From positions 18,696 through 82,695 of the forward strand of contig CAZYCQ010000008.1 of the NCBI GenBank assembly GCA_964645535.1: a stretch of DNA of 64,000 nt, written 5' to 3'. Below, one piece after another: positions 1 through 9,422 of the stretch; position 1 is the first letter of the stretch; every line of letters begins with the position of its first letter. The stretch comes from an uncultured archaeon. Lineage in GTDB: Archaea; Asgardarchaeota; Heimdallarchaeia; Heimdallarchaeales; Kariarchaeaceae. Position numbers and translations under genes: made by a program. Under the pieces are notes generated by a model. That model was not told the origin of the DNA, did not search any database, and worked only from the letters and a program-made list of their open reading frames with translations.

Positions 1-172
1 AAAATGTTCTGTCATTTGGATAGTTGGAGGAAAGAACCTCATACAGGTAGTTGATTTCATCAGAGTGAGGTTCACTTTCTCGTCTGCCAAGGCGAGGGGC
101 TGGTTTTTCATCTTCCTGATCCAGTTTGGCTAGTTCATGCCTTGTACTTCTTATTTCAATGGCATCTCCCAT
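1..172 (-). CDS. 5' part of a gene running off the window edge; possibly Uma2/PD-(D/E)XK-like family
   Basis: Manual translation from ATG at 172: MGDAIEIRSTRHELAKLDQEDEKPAPRLGRRESEPHSDEINYLYEVLSSNYPNDRTF..., open to position 1. The GRRESEPHS..I.YLY.VL segment recalls N-termini of Asgard Uma2-like proteins (from memory, unverified). Confidence 0.4.
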   Translation of the reverse strand, partial: MGDAIEIRSTRHELAKLDQEDEKPAPRLGRRESEPHSDEINYLYEVLSSNYPNDRTF

Positions 173-533
173 TAGTTCATTATCCTCTTTGGGAGCTAAA
201 AATGTTTTGTAGTACGAATTCGAGTAGCGTTTGCGACACATGATTGAGCCATCATTGGTTATCCGCTTATTTTCTGTTCTTCTTCTTGCATCATATCGGA
301 ATGTGAAACAGGAGTTTGGTTTACATCCCATTCTGTTGCAACGAATGAAACATACGTTATTTCTGTCCAAATCTAATGATTAGTTACATGCTCCTGTCAC
401 AACTAGGATCGGTTGTTCAAACGGACTATTGATCCCAATCAATTGCATCCTTAAAAAAGACTGCCTTAAGCAAATGGCATATGGACATTGTTATTGAGAA
501 ACCATTAAATTAAGTCCAGTTTAATTTACCTAC

Positions 534-1724
534 ATGATTCTTACCGCAGGGTCATTAGAAAAACTGATCAAGGAAGGAGAGGTGATCGTTGGGAAAGGAA
601 TTATGGAATTGGTGAATTTAAAAATAGAAAAAATTGCGGGAAATGCATTCAAGAATTATGGAAACATCAGCACTTTGCGAATTAAAAGATGTGGTTTGAA
701 AGAAATTGACCCTGTGGCTTTTCGATCACTTAAATCATTGGAAACCCTTGATCTTAGCCATAATGAGATTGAAAGGATTGAAAATGGGACATTTTTGCAT
801 TTGGAAGCCCTTGAACAATTGGCACTTTACAATAATAAAATCGAAGACATTGAAAAGATGGCTTTTTGGGGAATGTCTACATTAAAGCAACTCTATATTG
901 CCGGAAACAGGATTCGAATCATCAAGGAATTGACTTTCCATGAACTTCCTGCACTTGAGGAACTTGATCTTTCGGAAAACAGGATTTCCGTAATAGAACC
1001 CAATGCCTTTTCTGAATTGCCGTTATTGAGACGTATCAACCTATGGAACAACTCTGTGAAGGAAATCAGGGGAGATGAGTTTAGGTCATTGATTTCACTT
1101 GAAGAAATAAATTGGGGAGAAAATGCAATCAAAGAGCTTTTCCCAAATTGTTTTGAAAAACTTCCAAATCTCAAATGGATAGTCTTGTGGAGAAATAAGT
1201 TAGAGGTCGTACCAAGTGGTACATTTTTGAACCATACCAATCTCCAAGAAATATCCCTTGCAGAAAACAATATCAGGATCATTCATTCAGGAGCATTCAG
1301 CAATCTTCCAAAAATTCAGTTGATCAACCTCAGAGCAAATCCCATCAAGGTTATTGAAGCACAAGCGTTTCAGAATTTGCCAAAACTCCAGTCAATTGAT
1401 TTTGCGGAAACCCAAATAGAGCTGATAGAGGAAAATGCATTTCAGGGGTTAGATACATTGCGGGCGATTGAAATGACCTGCATTCAACTCAGCCCAAATA
1501 CATTCAGGGATATGCCACTATTGCAGACAGTCAGCCTATCAAAAACTAGAATGAACGAGGAGGATCTTGCTTTAGCTTTTGCGGCAGTGGGCTCGAAAAA
1601 TGAAATCAGAGTTTATATTTCCGGAATCAATCATGCCCTGATGAACAATCTGTGCAATCTACTGGGAGTAAATGCACGTTTTCATTCTGCAAGAGCTCGA
1701 TTTTCATTATTCAGGGGAATTTGA
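534..1724 (+). CDS. Leucine-rich repeat protein (typical 24-aa LRRs)
   Basis: Tandem LxxLxLxxNxIxxIxxxxFxxLxx repeats, e.g. LETLDLSHNEIERIENGTFLHL and LEELDLSENRISVIEPNAFSEL. No obvious signal peptide. Confidence 0.9.
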   Translation: MILTAGSLEKLIKEGEVIVGKGIMELVNLKIEKIAGNAFKNYGNISTLRIKRCGLKEIDPVAFRSLKSLETLDLSHNEIERIENGTFLHLEALEQLALYNNKIEDIEKMAFWGMSTLKQLYIAGNRIRIIKELTFHELPALEELDLSENRISVIEPNAFSELPLLRRINLWNNSVKEIRGDEFRSLISLEEINWGENAIKELFPNCFEKLPNLKWIVLWRNKLEVVPSGTFLNHTNLQEISLAENNIRIIHSGAFSNLPKIQLINLRANPIKVIEAQAFQNLPKLQSIDFAETQIELIEENAFQGLDTLRAIEMTCIQLSPNTFRDMPLLQTVSLSKTRMNEEDLALAFAAVGSKNEIRVYISGINHALMNNLCNLLGVNARFHSARARFSLFRGI

Positions 1725-1738
1725 AATGGGCAGATCGA

Positions 1739-2188
1739 TTAATCCCCTAAGACCGCTTGGATTTGACGAAGATGAGATTCATTATGTTCAATACATCTTT
1801 TTGCCAAATCTTCAAGAGAAACTTCACCAATTTCAGGATGGAAACCGGTTCTCTTGATTTGTTCCACGGAAAGTCCATCCAATATTAAAGCGAATTTATT
1901 ACAGAGATGTTGCAAGAGAGGGATTTCAAGGGACAAGATACTCCGGTCATCTGAACTGAAAGGGTAGGAAGCAAGCATATCTTGGTCAAATGGAACAAGG
2001 GTTGGAGTTTCATTGGAAAGAACCAACAGAACCCTTGATAAATACATGACAGTCGCATCTGTGATATGATGGATCACCTGTGCAACTGTCCACCCACCTT
2101 CCTTGACATTATATCCTTCCTTTCCCTGCACAGCAAAGTCTGCCAGCCGGTCTGCAAAGCTTTTGAATCTTTGGGCGATTTCTGTCAT
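1739..2188 (-). CDS. DinB/YfiT (BstA-like thiol transferase) family protein
   Basis: GGWTVAQVIHHITDA, PFDQD and HNESHLRQI motifs. AGGAG precedes the ATG. Confidence 0.8.
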   Translation of the reverse strand: MTEIAQRFKSFADRLADFAVQGKEGYNVKEGGWTVAQVIHHITDATVMYLSRVLLVLSNETPTLVPFDQDMLASYPFSSDDRSILSLEIPLLQHLCNKFALILDGLSVEQIKRTGFHPEIGEVSLEDLAKRCIEHNESHLRQIQAVLGD

Positions 2189-2299
2189 GAACTCCTGTCA
2201 TCGATTGAAAATTTAACATTTGACCTTTCCCCATATTTGTTTTTATTTTTTAATCAACTGTTCCCAATAGGCTCAAAAACAGATGCAGCGTTGAGATAA

Positions 2300-2737
2300 T
2301 TGCACATGAATAATAGAACATATTCAATTTGGTTTTATGCAGCAGCAATGTATAATCTGTTATGGGGGACATTAAACATTTTTTTCCCCAAGGCAATTTT
2401 TGTTTTTTTGGCGATAAAACCTCCTGAAACACCTTATTGGCAAGTTGTAGGAATGTTTGTGTTGATTTATGCCCCAGCTTACTTTTGGGCAGCACGATAT
2501 CCAAATAGGCACTGTCATTTAATTTTCATTGGTGCTTTGGGAAAGACGCTTGGTTCCATTGGCTTTCTTTGGGCCTATATTACAGGAACCTTGCCATTGG
2601 CATTTGGTATAGTCAACATCTTCAATGACCTTATCTGGCTTCCGATATTCTTCATTTACCTGAATGAGAAAAGCAGGAGCATTGGAATAAAACAATTTCT
2701 TTTGGGAAAAAATGAACCTAGGGGTCAAAAACGATAA
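2300..2737 (+). CDS. Conserved ~4-TM membrane protein
   Basis: Hydrophobic segments plus YNLLWG, WQVVGM and GKTLGSIGF motifs. Start may be the ATG at 2306. Confidence 0.7.
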   Translation: MHMNNRTYSIWFYAAAMYNLLWGTLNIFFPKAIFVFLAIKPPETPYWQVVGMFVLIYAPAYFWAARYPNRHCHLIFIGALGKTLGSIGFLWAYITGTLPLAFGIVNIFNDLIWLPIFFIYLNEKSRSIGIKQFLLGKNEPRGQKR

Positions 2738-2761
2738 ATCAAGTAGTCCTATTGAAGAAAC

Positions 2762-3724
2762 GTGAAACTCTTTATCGCTGGAGGAACCGGAGTAATTGGC
2801 AAGCGTCTTGTTCCTCGACTTGTTGAAAATGGGCACCAAGTTGGTGTTCTCGCAAGATCTGAAGAAAACATAAAGATAATCAGGCAGATGGGTGCAATAC
2901 CAAAGAAAGGGTCTCTTTTTGATACTGAAAGCCTGAATCAAGCCACGAAGGATGTCGATGTAGTTCTGCACCTTGCTACATCAATTCCACGAAAAAACAA
3001 GACCTCTCCAAAAGATTGGGAGATGAATTCAAGGCTACGCATTGAAGGAGCCATGAAACTGATGGATGCTGCCAGCAAAAATGAAGTGGCACATTATATC
3101 CAACAGAGTGTCACCTTTGCTTATGGTCATCGCATAGAACCAATAAATGATACAATTCAGCCAGAACTTCCGGTTCCAACCAAGGTCAAACTTCCTCGTA
3201 AATGGCAGGAAGTCATAGACAATCCAGTCCATATGGAAAATCAAATTGCAACGAAGGCAGAACAAGTCAGTCTTGACTATACCATTTTGCGATTTGGATG
3301 GTTCTATAGCCATGATTCAGCAAATATCCAAGACATTCATGCAGGAAATTTTGCACACATATGGGGAGAAAATCCCTTTTGGAGCATGATCCATGTAGAT
3401 GATGCAGTTGCAGCCATTCATGCCACAATTGAGAAAAAAGACAAAACAGTCAATCAGGCATTTAATGTGGTAGATAATCAGCCAGTTCAAAGTCGAGAAT
3501 TTTTGGAATATACAAGGCAACAATTCGGAAAAAGTCCATTGAAGAAAGTCCCAGGACTTCTGGTCCGTCTACTATTTGGTCCTTATTCACTTAATTTTCT
3601 GACATCATCGCTACAAGTTTCAAATAGAAGGTTTAAGCAGGTCATGGACTGGAAACCAATGTTCCCAACATTTAAGGAGGGGGTGGAAGAAGCAGTCGAT
3701 AAATTTCTGAAACTTAATGCCTGA
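2762..3724 (+). CDS. NAD-dependent epimerase/dehydratase (atypical SDR)
   Basis: GTG start; IAGGTGVIG Rossmann motif; LRFGWFY, IHVDDA, FNVVD. Confidence 0.85.
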   Translation: MKLFIAGGTGVIGKRLVPRLVENGHQVGVLARSEENIKIIRQMGAIPKKGSLFDTESLNQATKDVDVVLHLATSIPRKNKTSPKDWEMNSRLRIEGAMKLMDAASKNEVAHYIQQSVTFAYGHRIEPINDTIQPELPVPTKVKLPRKWQEVIDNPVHMENQIATKAEQVSLDYTILRFGWFYSHDSANIQDIHAGNFAHIWGENPFWSMIHVDDAVAAIHATIEKKDKTVNQAFNVVDNQPVQSREFLEYTRQQFGKSPLKKVPGLLVRLLFGPYSLNFLTSSLQVSNRRFKQVMDWKPMFPTFKEGVEEAVDKFLKLNA

Positions 3725-4288
3725 TCAGTATGCAAGTTCAGCCCAGCGAAAACAATCCATCGTATGATCATTCACCATACCAGTTGCCTGCATGAATGCA
3801 TAACATATGGTAGGTCCTACAAACTTGAATCCTCGTTTTTTTAGATCTGCACTCATCTCAACAGAAATAGCGGACTGGGAGGGAAGTTCTTTTTGGTTCT
3901 TGAATTCGTTCACAATTGGTTCCCCATCTACAAATGACCAAAGATAGGTGCTAAATGAACCCATGTCTTTTTGAACTCGAAGAAAAGCCCTGGCATTTTC
4001 GATAAAAGCCTTGATTTTTAGCCTGTTGCGAATAATTCGCTCATCTTTAAGGAGCATTTCAACTTTTTTTTGATTATATCTCGCAATTTTATTTGGGTCA
4101 AAATTGTCGAATGCCTTCAAGTATCCAGTCCGCCTGTGGAGGATGGTTCGCCAAGAAAGACCGGCTTGAGCACCTTCAAGACAAAGGAATTCAAACAATT
4201 TTTGATCATCATATAGGGGAACTCCCCACTCAGTATCATGATATGCAATCATTATGTCATCAGATCCAGTCCATTGACATCGTTTCAT
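3725..4288 (-). CDS. tag: DNA-3-methyladenine glycosylase I
   Basis: RCQW, YHDTEWG, LEGAQAGLSW, IIRNRLKI, GFKFVGPT, GMVNDH..C. Start moved to the ATG at 4288 (MKRCQW) because the longer ORF overlaps the upstream gene. Confidence 0.95.
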   Translation of the reverse strand: MKRCQWTGSDDIMIAYHDTEWGVPLYDDQKLFEFLCLEGAQAGLSWRTILHRRTGYLKAFDNFDPNKIARYNQKKVEMLLKDERIIRNRLKIKAFIENARAFLRVQKDMGSFSTYLWSFVDGEPIVNEFKNQKELPSQSAISVEMSADLKKRGFKFVGPTICYAFMQATGMVNDHTMDCFRWAELAY

Positions 4289-4328
4289 ATAATTCTGGGA
4301 GAATAGATTGTTAAAAAGGATTTTTGAG

Positions 4329-5390
4329 TTATGAGCCAATGACATTCTGAAGAACAAGAGCATCCAATCTCCCAACCACTTCAGGATCTGGAAGAGAGGG
4401 GTCATAATTTTCCTTGGTCAAAATCTCAAGTATTTGTTGGTTAAGTTTTTCGAAGAGTTGTTCTGTCTGTGCATTGACTTCATTTACAAGCATTGCAAAG
4501 AGAAAACGACCTTCCTTTCTTGACAAAAGAATTCCATTTTCAGTTTCTATTTTATCAAGGGTTCCAAGTTTGAGTTCTTCGTAAGTCATGGTATTGATGG
4601 CGGTCAGAAAACCAGTAACCAAATCAAGAATATCTGAAGGGATATTTGGATTGAGTTTTTCAGTGAGAACAGGGAGTCCAGTTTCTTCATAGACCAAATA
4701 CATTTGCATGTCTCCGTTTCCTGAAAAGATGATTTCTTGAGGAGTGATCACCACAACAACGATTGCAACTACCTCAGGGACAACAAACAATTCATTCAAT
4801 GGAACCAAAAGTTCACTTGCAATATAAACAATCAACATCAAGGCCTCAAAAGGATAAAGGAGAACCTTACGTCGTAATTGGGGAGTCATGTAGGCCCATT
4901 TTGAAAGAAGTGACAATGATTGTGAAAATAAAACACTTGCATAAATCAAAGTGGCGAGAACACCAAACGTTATGGTAAATAGAGATATGGCAAAACCATT
5001 TAAGCTGACATTCTTTGCTTTGATTGCATCAAGAAGTGAGATATCCGAGAATATGACAATCAAAATCATAGGAGCGATACTCAAAAGAGCTGCAAGCATT
5101 GATTCAAAATATTCCTTTTTGGTAACCTTTGAGACAAAGCCTGCGACCAAGAACGTCCCTGCAAGCATGAATGTCGTGACCTCAATTTTTTCAAGAACTT
5201 CATGCGCGAAACCGGTCAAGCCCAAGGCAGAGTTTAAGCCGTCTGCAAACTCATCCATCCCATGGGCAAGTGCGAAGAAGATCCATACATAGCCTTTGTC
5301 AAATTTATTGGATCTCTCCTTGAAATAGATGAGAATTCCAGCAAGCAGGTACAAAATCCCTCCCGCAATCAAAATAATCCCCATTGGCAT
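4329..5390 (-). CDS. 7-TM membrane protein with C-terminal longin/roadblock-like domain
   Basis: Seven hydrophobic segments, then MYLVYEETGLPVL...DLVTGFLTAINTMTYEELKLGTLDKIETENGILL...FLFAMLV, an Asgard longin-like pattern. Confidence 0.7.
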   Translation of the reverse strand: MPMGIILIAGGILYLLAGILIYFKERSNKFDKGYVWIFFALAHGMDEFADGLNSALGLTGFAHEVLEKIEVTTFMLAGTFLVAGFVSKVTKKEYFESMLAALLSIAPMILIVIFSDISLLDAIKAKNVSLNGFAISLFTITFGVLATLIYASVLFSQSLSLLSKWAYMTPQLRRKVLLYPFEALMLIVYIASELLVPLNELFVVPEVVAIVVVVITPQEIIFSGNGDMQMYLVYEETGLPVLTEKLNPNIPSDILDLVTGFLTAINTMTYEELKLGTLDKIETENGILLSRKEGRFLFAMLVNEVNAQTEQLFEKLNQQILEILTKENYDPSLPDPEVVGRLDALVLQNVIGS

Positions 5391-5496
5391 GATTCCAGAT
5401 AATCATTCAATATATATATATCATTCCTAGTAATAGTTGCCCATTCTGTTTTAATTGAATAAATTTGCGGATAGGTCTATATTATATTAAACTCAG

Positions 5497-6669
5497 GTGA
5501 ATCCAATTATGGTAGAAATAAAGCGGATTTCAGGTGATGAATTACTCCAGAAGGAGATATTGACAAACTATGCGTTTTCAAAGTCCCCTGTGGATGTAGA
5601 GAAGAAATTCGAAGAAACAAAGAAATACTATGGAGAAGACATTGTTCTCGCAGCCTATAAAAATGGGAAGGCTATTGCAACCGTCACAATCATTCCCATG
5701 ATGCAAAATATCAGAGGAAAGATAGTGAAGATGGGGGGAGTTGCAGCTGTTGCTACAGATCCGGAATTCAGGAGACAGGGATTCGCAAAAACCTTGATGA
5801 AAAAGGCATTTATCGAGATGAGAACAAGACAGGTTCCGATTTCAACACTTTATCCATTCAGGGAAAGCTTTTATGAAAAGCTCGGATACGCGACATTTCC
5901 CCAAGCATCACAAATAACGTTTTCACCAAACAATGTATTTATGAAAGTGAAACCAAAAGGTAAGATCGTTCGGGAAAAAATTGGGGATTGCATAGACAGA
6001 TTTATTGAATTCAATAAAAAATATGTCCAAGAGACCCATTCAGCGACCATTTTTCAAGATCTCAGAATGGGAATGCTGGTCGAAACACCGGTTTGGGTAG
6101 CATGGGCGATGGTCGATGAAAAACCCCAAGGAGTCATGCACTATACCATTTCAGGTTTCGAAGGAACATTAGACGTAAAGAAATTCATGTATCTCAGCTC
6201 AGAGGCAAAATATACGTTATTGGAATTTTTGGGTCGCCATAGGGATCAAATATCCGAAATTAGGATGACAATCCATCATCATGAAAATCCCGAGCTCTGG
6301 CTTTCAGATCTTAAATTATCTCGATTCAACAGAAAATGGGTGCCTTCGCCCATGGGGAGAATTATCGATCTCATGCAGCTCAACGACATTCCTGCGGGAA
6401 CAGGCAGGATAGAAGTGGAAGTAATTGATGAACAGGCACCATGGAATAACGGATCATTTATTCTTGAAACGGACGGAAAATTAAGAGTGGAAAAGGGAGG
6501 CAACCCCAAGATCAAACTTTCCATCCATGCATTGTCTGCTTTGCTTTTCGGTCAGGCAAACCCCCGTGATTTTGAACAGAAGGGATGGGGAAAGATAAAT
6601 TCTGCTGTAAGCAACCAATTGTTGAAGCTGTTTCCTTCATGTCCGGCATTTGTTGACAAATACTTCTGA
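5497..6669 (+). CDS. Eis-family GNAT acetyltransferase
   Basis: GGVAAVATDPEFRRQGFA, STLYPF, FYEKLGY; C-terminal SCP2-like region (D..APWNNG). Confidence 0.88.
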   Translation: MNPIMVEIKRISGDELLQKEILTNYAFSKSPVDVEKKFEETKKYYGEDIVLAAYKNGKAIATVTIIPMMQNIRGKIVKMGGVAAVATDPEFRRQGFAKTLMKKAFIEMRTRQVPISTLYPFRESFYEKLGYATFPQASQITFSPNNVFMKVKPKGKIVREKIGDCIDRFIEFNKKYVQETHSATIFQDLRMGMLVETPVWVAWAMVDEKPQGVMHYTISGFEGTLDVKKFMYLSSEAKYTLLEFLGRHRDQISEIRMTIHHHENPELWLSDLKLSRFNRKWVPSPMGRIIDLMQLNDIPAGTGRIEVEVIDEQAPWNNGSFILETDGKLRVEKGGNPKIKLSIHALSALLFGQANPRDFEQKGWGKINSAVSNQLLKLFPSCPAFVDKYF

Positions 6670-6670
6670 A

Positions 6671-7798
6671 TCACCTCAGATTTTCAACAACATATTCTTC
6701 CAGCTTCTGCAACCCTTGAGGAAAGTCTGCCCTTCCAAAACCAATCCGAAAGTGACTGTTCCCAAAGCCATACTTAGTGCTTGGAAGAAGAAGGACACCC
6801 TTGGTCTTTAGCAGGTTCAAGCAGAACTGTTCGGCATCGTCTGTAAACAAGCATTTGACAAATCCAATATTTCCCGCCTTTGGTTCAATCCAATGAAACA
6901 GATCAGAATATTGTTTCATGAACTTTTTTAAAAGCTTTAAATTTGATTTTGCAATTCCTAGATTCCGTTGAAGAATTTTTTCATGCGATTGAAGGGCAAG
7001 AGTGGCAAGGAATTCAGAGGGAGCACTATTGCAAATTGTGGTATAATCCTTGAACGCCTCTATTTCAGCCATAATTTCGCGGGATTGGGTGGCGATCCAA
7101 CCTATTCGAAGACCAGGGAGACCTAGTGGTTTCGACATGACACCTAATGAGATGCCTTTTGGATAAAGATCCGCAACAGTAGGAAGTCGTGAATTCAAAG
7201 AATGCTCACTTAGCCGGTAAACCTCATCGGAAAATAGGAATAGATCATTGTTCCGGCAGATTTCAATTAATTTGTCCAAATCATTGCGGGTGGGCAGATA
7301 TCCAGTTGGGTTGTTGGGATGGTTCACCATTATGGCCCTAGTGTTCGATTGTATCAGATCCGGTAATTTGTTGAAATCGGGACTCCATTGGTTCTCTTCT
7401 TCAAGCATCCAATAGCTTATTTCAACCCCATTGGCTTTTGCAATCTCATAAAGGGATTGATAACATGGGAACTGAACGATAAGGTGATCCCCCTGCTGAA
7501 GAAAACCGGCCATGAATGCAAATATTCCCTCCTCAGCCCCAGAAAACACCAAAATTTGATCTTCCGTGATGCTTGAGTATAATCTGGAAATCGATTTCCT
7601 CAATTGAGGGTCTCCTTTTGATTCAGTATAGGACAACTTCAATCCAAGAAAACGCGAAAGATTGGATTCAAATTGTCCATCAAGTTCCAGCACTTCCCGG
7701 ATAGTGAAACTTTCAGCATCTGATCCAGAAAGCATGTAGGGAACTGAAAATTCAAATTCCGCAAAAAAACGCTCAATGAGGAAAGGAGATATTTCCAT
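6671..7798 (-). CDS. Aminotransferase class I/II (PLP)
   Basis: NHPNNPTG, FSDEVY, SKPLGLPGLRIGW, FRIGFG. Start placed at ATG 7798 (MEISPFLIERFF). Confidence 0.9.
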   Translation of the reverse strand: MEISPFLIERFFAEFEFSVPYMLSGSDAESFTIREVLELDGQFESNLSRFLGLKLSYTESKGDPQLRKSISRLYSSITEDQILVFSGAEEGIFAFMAGFLQQGDHLIVQFPCYQSLYEIAKANGVEISYWMLEEENQWSPDFNKLPDLIQSNTRAIMVNHPNNPTGYLPTRNDLDKLIEICRNNDLFLFSDEVYRLSEHSLNSRLPTVADLYPKGISLGVMSKPLGLPGLRIGWIATQSREIMAEIEAFKDYTTICNSAPSEFLATLALQSHEKILQRNLGIAKSNLKLLKKFMKQYSDLFHWIEPKAGNIGFVKCLFTDDAEQFCLNLLKTKGVLLLPSTKYGFGNSHFRIGFGRADFPQGLQKLEEYVVENLR

Positions 7799-7994
7799 AG
7801 AAAAGGGTAAATTTTCAGAATTTAAGACATTCGGTGTTCCAATAACAAGTTGATTTAAAGAAGCCGGTGTACTTAGACATCCCTCAGGATTGTTCAACCG
7901 GAGATCATGTAGAAAAACATAAACACCTAAATTTTCGTGCATTATGCAGTGCGTTTCTCGATAAACAAAAATATCGGGGAAAGGAAACAATGCT

Positions 7995-8438
7995 ATGAAA
8001 ACTATAGTGGATGACTTTCAGGTGCGGAAAGCAGTTCCGCAGGACATCGAGCCCATTCTCAAAATTGAGGAGGAATTGGCAGGGAGGAATCCAATGCTTG
8101 AAACGAAGATTTTGAAGATGCTCGAGGATGATAGCTCATATTTTCTAGTGGCGACTGTCAAGGATGAAGTGATTGGATATGTAGGAGGAGTGATTAGAGA
8201 CGTTGAATTCGGTGAAAAGGATCCGATAGGATATCTCACCCATGTAGGATTAAAAAAAGAATACATGAACAAAGGAATGGGAAAGATCATGGGGGATCGG
8301 CTGATCAATGCCATGCTTCCAAAATGTTCTACATTCAGGACCCTTTTGTCATTCGAGAGGAACGATCTGCAATCATTTTTCAACCATTTGGGATTCAAAC
8401 GAACCGATATTCTTGTTTATGAATTGAAAGAGAACTAG
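7995..8438 (+). CDS. GNAT N-acetyltransferase
   Basis: VRKA...D, VGLKKEYMNKGMGK (motif A), FFNHLGF. Confidence 0.85.
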   Translation: MKTIVDDFQVRKAVPQDIEPILKIEEELAGRNPMLETKILKMLEDDSSYFLVATVKDEVIGYVGGVIRDVEFGEKDPIGYLTHVGLKKEYMNKGMGKIMGDRLINAMLPKCSTFRTLLSFERNDLQSFFNHLGFKRTDILVYELKEN

Positions 8439-8461
8439 GAAAATTCTGCAACGCAAAATCA

Positions 8462-9007
8462 TCAATCAATTTCAAGACCCATAAGAATTGTATCCACAAA
8501 TTCGCCATCGATCATCATATCTCGGGTAATAATTCCAACCCGTTTGAATCCCATTTTCTCATAAAGACCGATTCCAGCAGTATTGTAGGTGGTCACACGA
8601 AGGTTCATTTTTCGGATGATCCCTGTATCTTTTGCCCAATCTATCAAGGCTTGGAGCATGGCTTGTCCAATTCCATGCCTCCAATATTTTTTCTTGACTG
8701 ACATCCCCAATTCACCAGTGTGGCGGAATCTAGGACGTTGGCTACTTGCAAAATTAGCCATTGCGACCAATTCATCATCGATGAAGCCGAGGAGGAAAAC
8801 CATATTGTCTGCTTGCAGATAACGGGAAACTATTTCTCGTTCTTGTTCAGGAGTTACATTGAATTCACCAGGACCAAAGCCAGTATTTTTTGATTCTCCA
8901 GAAACTATCTCAATATATTCAATCATCTTTTCGGCGTCATCTGGGAGTGCTTCACGGATCTGGAGAGTATGGTTTTTTACAGGAACCATACGTTGGAAAA
9001 CCATCAA
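8462..9007 (-). CDS. GNAT N-acetyltransferase (RimJ/RimL-like)
   Basis: GMSVKKKYWRHGIG, LRVTTYN..GIGLYEKMGF. Exact start uncertain (8988-9007). Confidence 0.88.
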   Translation of the reverse strand: MMVFQRMVPVKNHTLQIREALPDDAEKMIEYIEIVSGESKNTGFGPGEFNVTPEQEREIVSRYLQADNMVFLLGFIDDELVAMANFASSQRPRFRHTGELGMSVKKKYWRHGIGQAMLQALIDWAKDTGIIRKMNLRVTTYNTAGIGLYEKMGFKRVGIITRDMMIDGEFVDTILMGLEID

Positions 9008-9422
9008 CCACTAGAAACACCAGCCTTGATAAATCTTTTTCGTTACGGCCTGCCAAGATTTTGTTTCTCAGGAGTCTGACTACCAGGCAGGACATGAAGA
9101 AGATTAATATTCTTATTGAAAAGATGACAACGCAAAAAGAAAGAGAGCAGCTGAGTTTTGAAACCTGAAAAATAACCCATGATTTCGATCAGAGAGTTTA
9201 CGTTTAGGGATAATTATATGCAAAACAATTGTTACATTTGTAGACTGCAAAAGTGACAGAAGGTATTCCAACATTAAATGTTTCCACCTATAATAATAGA
9301 AAAAATCAATGATCAAAAGATTAAAAGAGAGCACCATGTCAGAATAAACGCCATATCCAAAAGTTTATGAAGTTATGGAAAAATAGAAATTTTTTTTTTA
9401 TAACCCATTTTTAGGTCGACCC

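Noticed and set aside
4289-4405. N-terminal extensions in the ORF track for Tag (also the aminotransferase 7799-7990 and the surface protein 57694-57771)
   Set aside because: They lie before the family-typical N-terminus or signal peptide, and the Tag and surface-protein extensions also overlap neighbouring genes.
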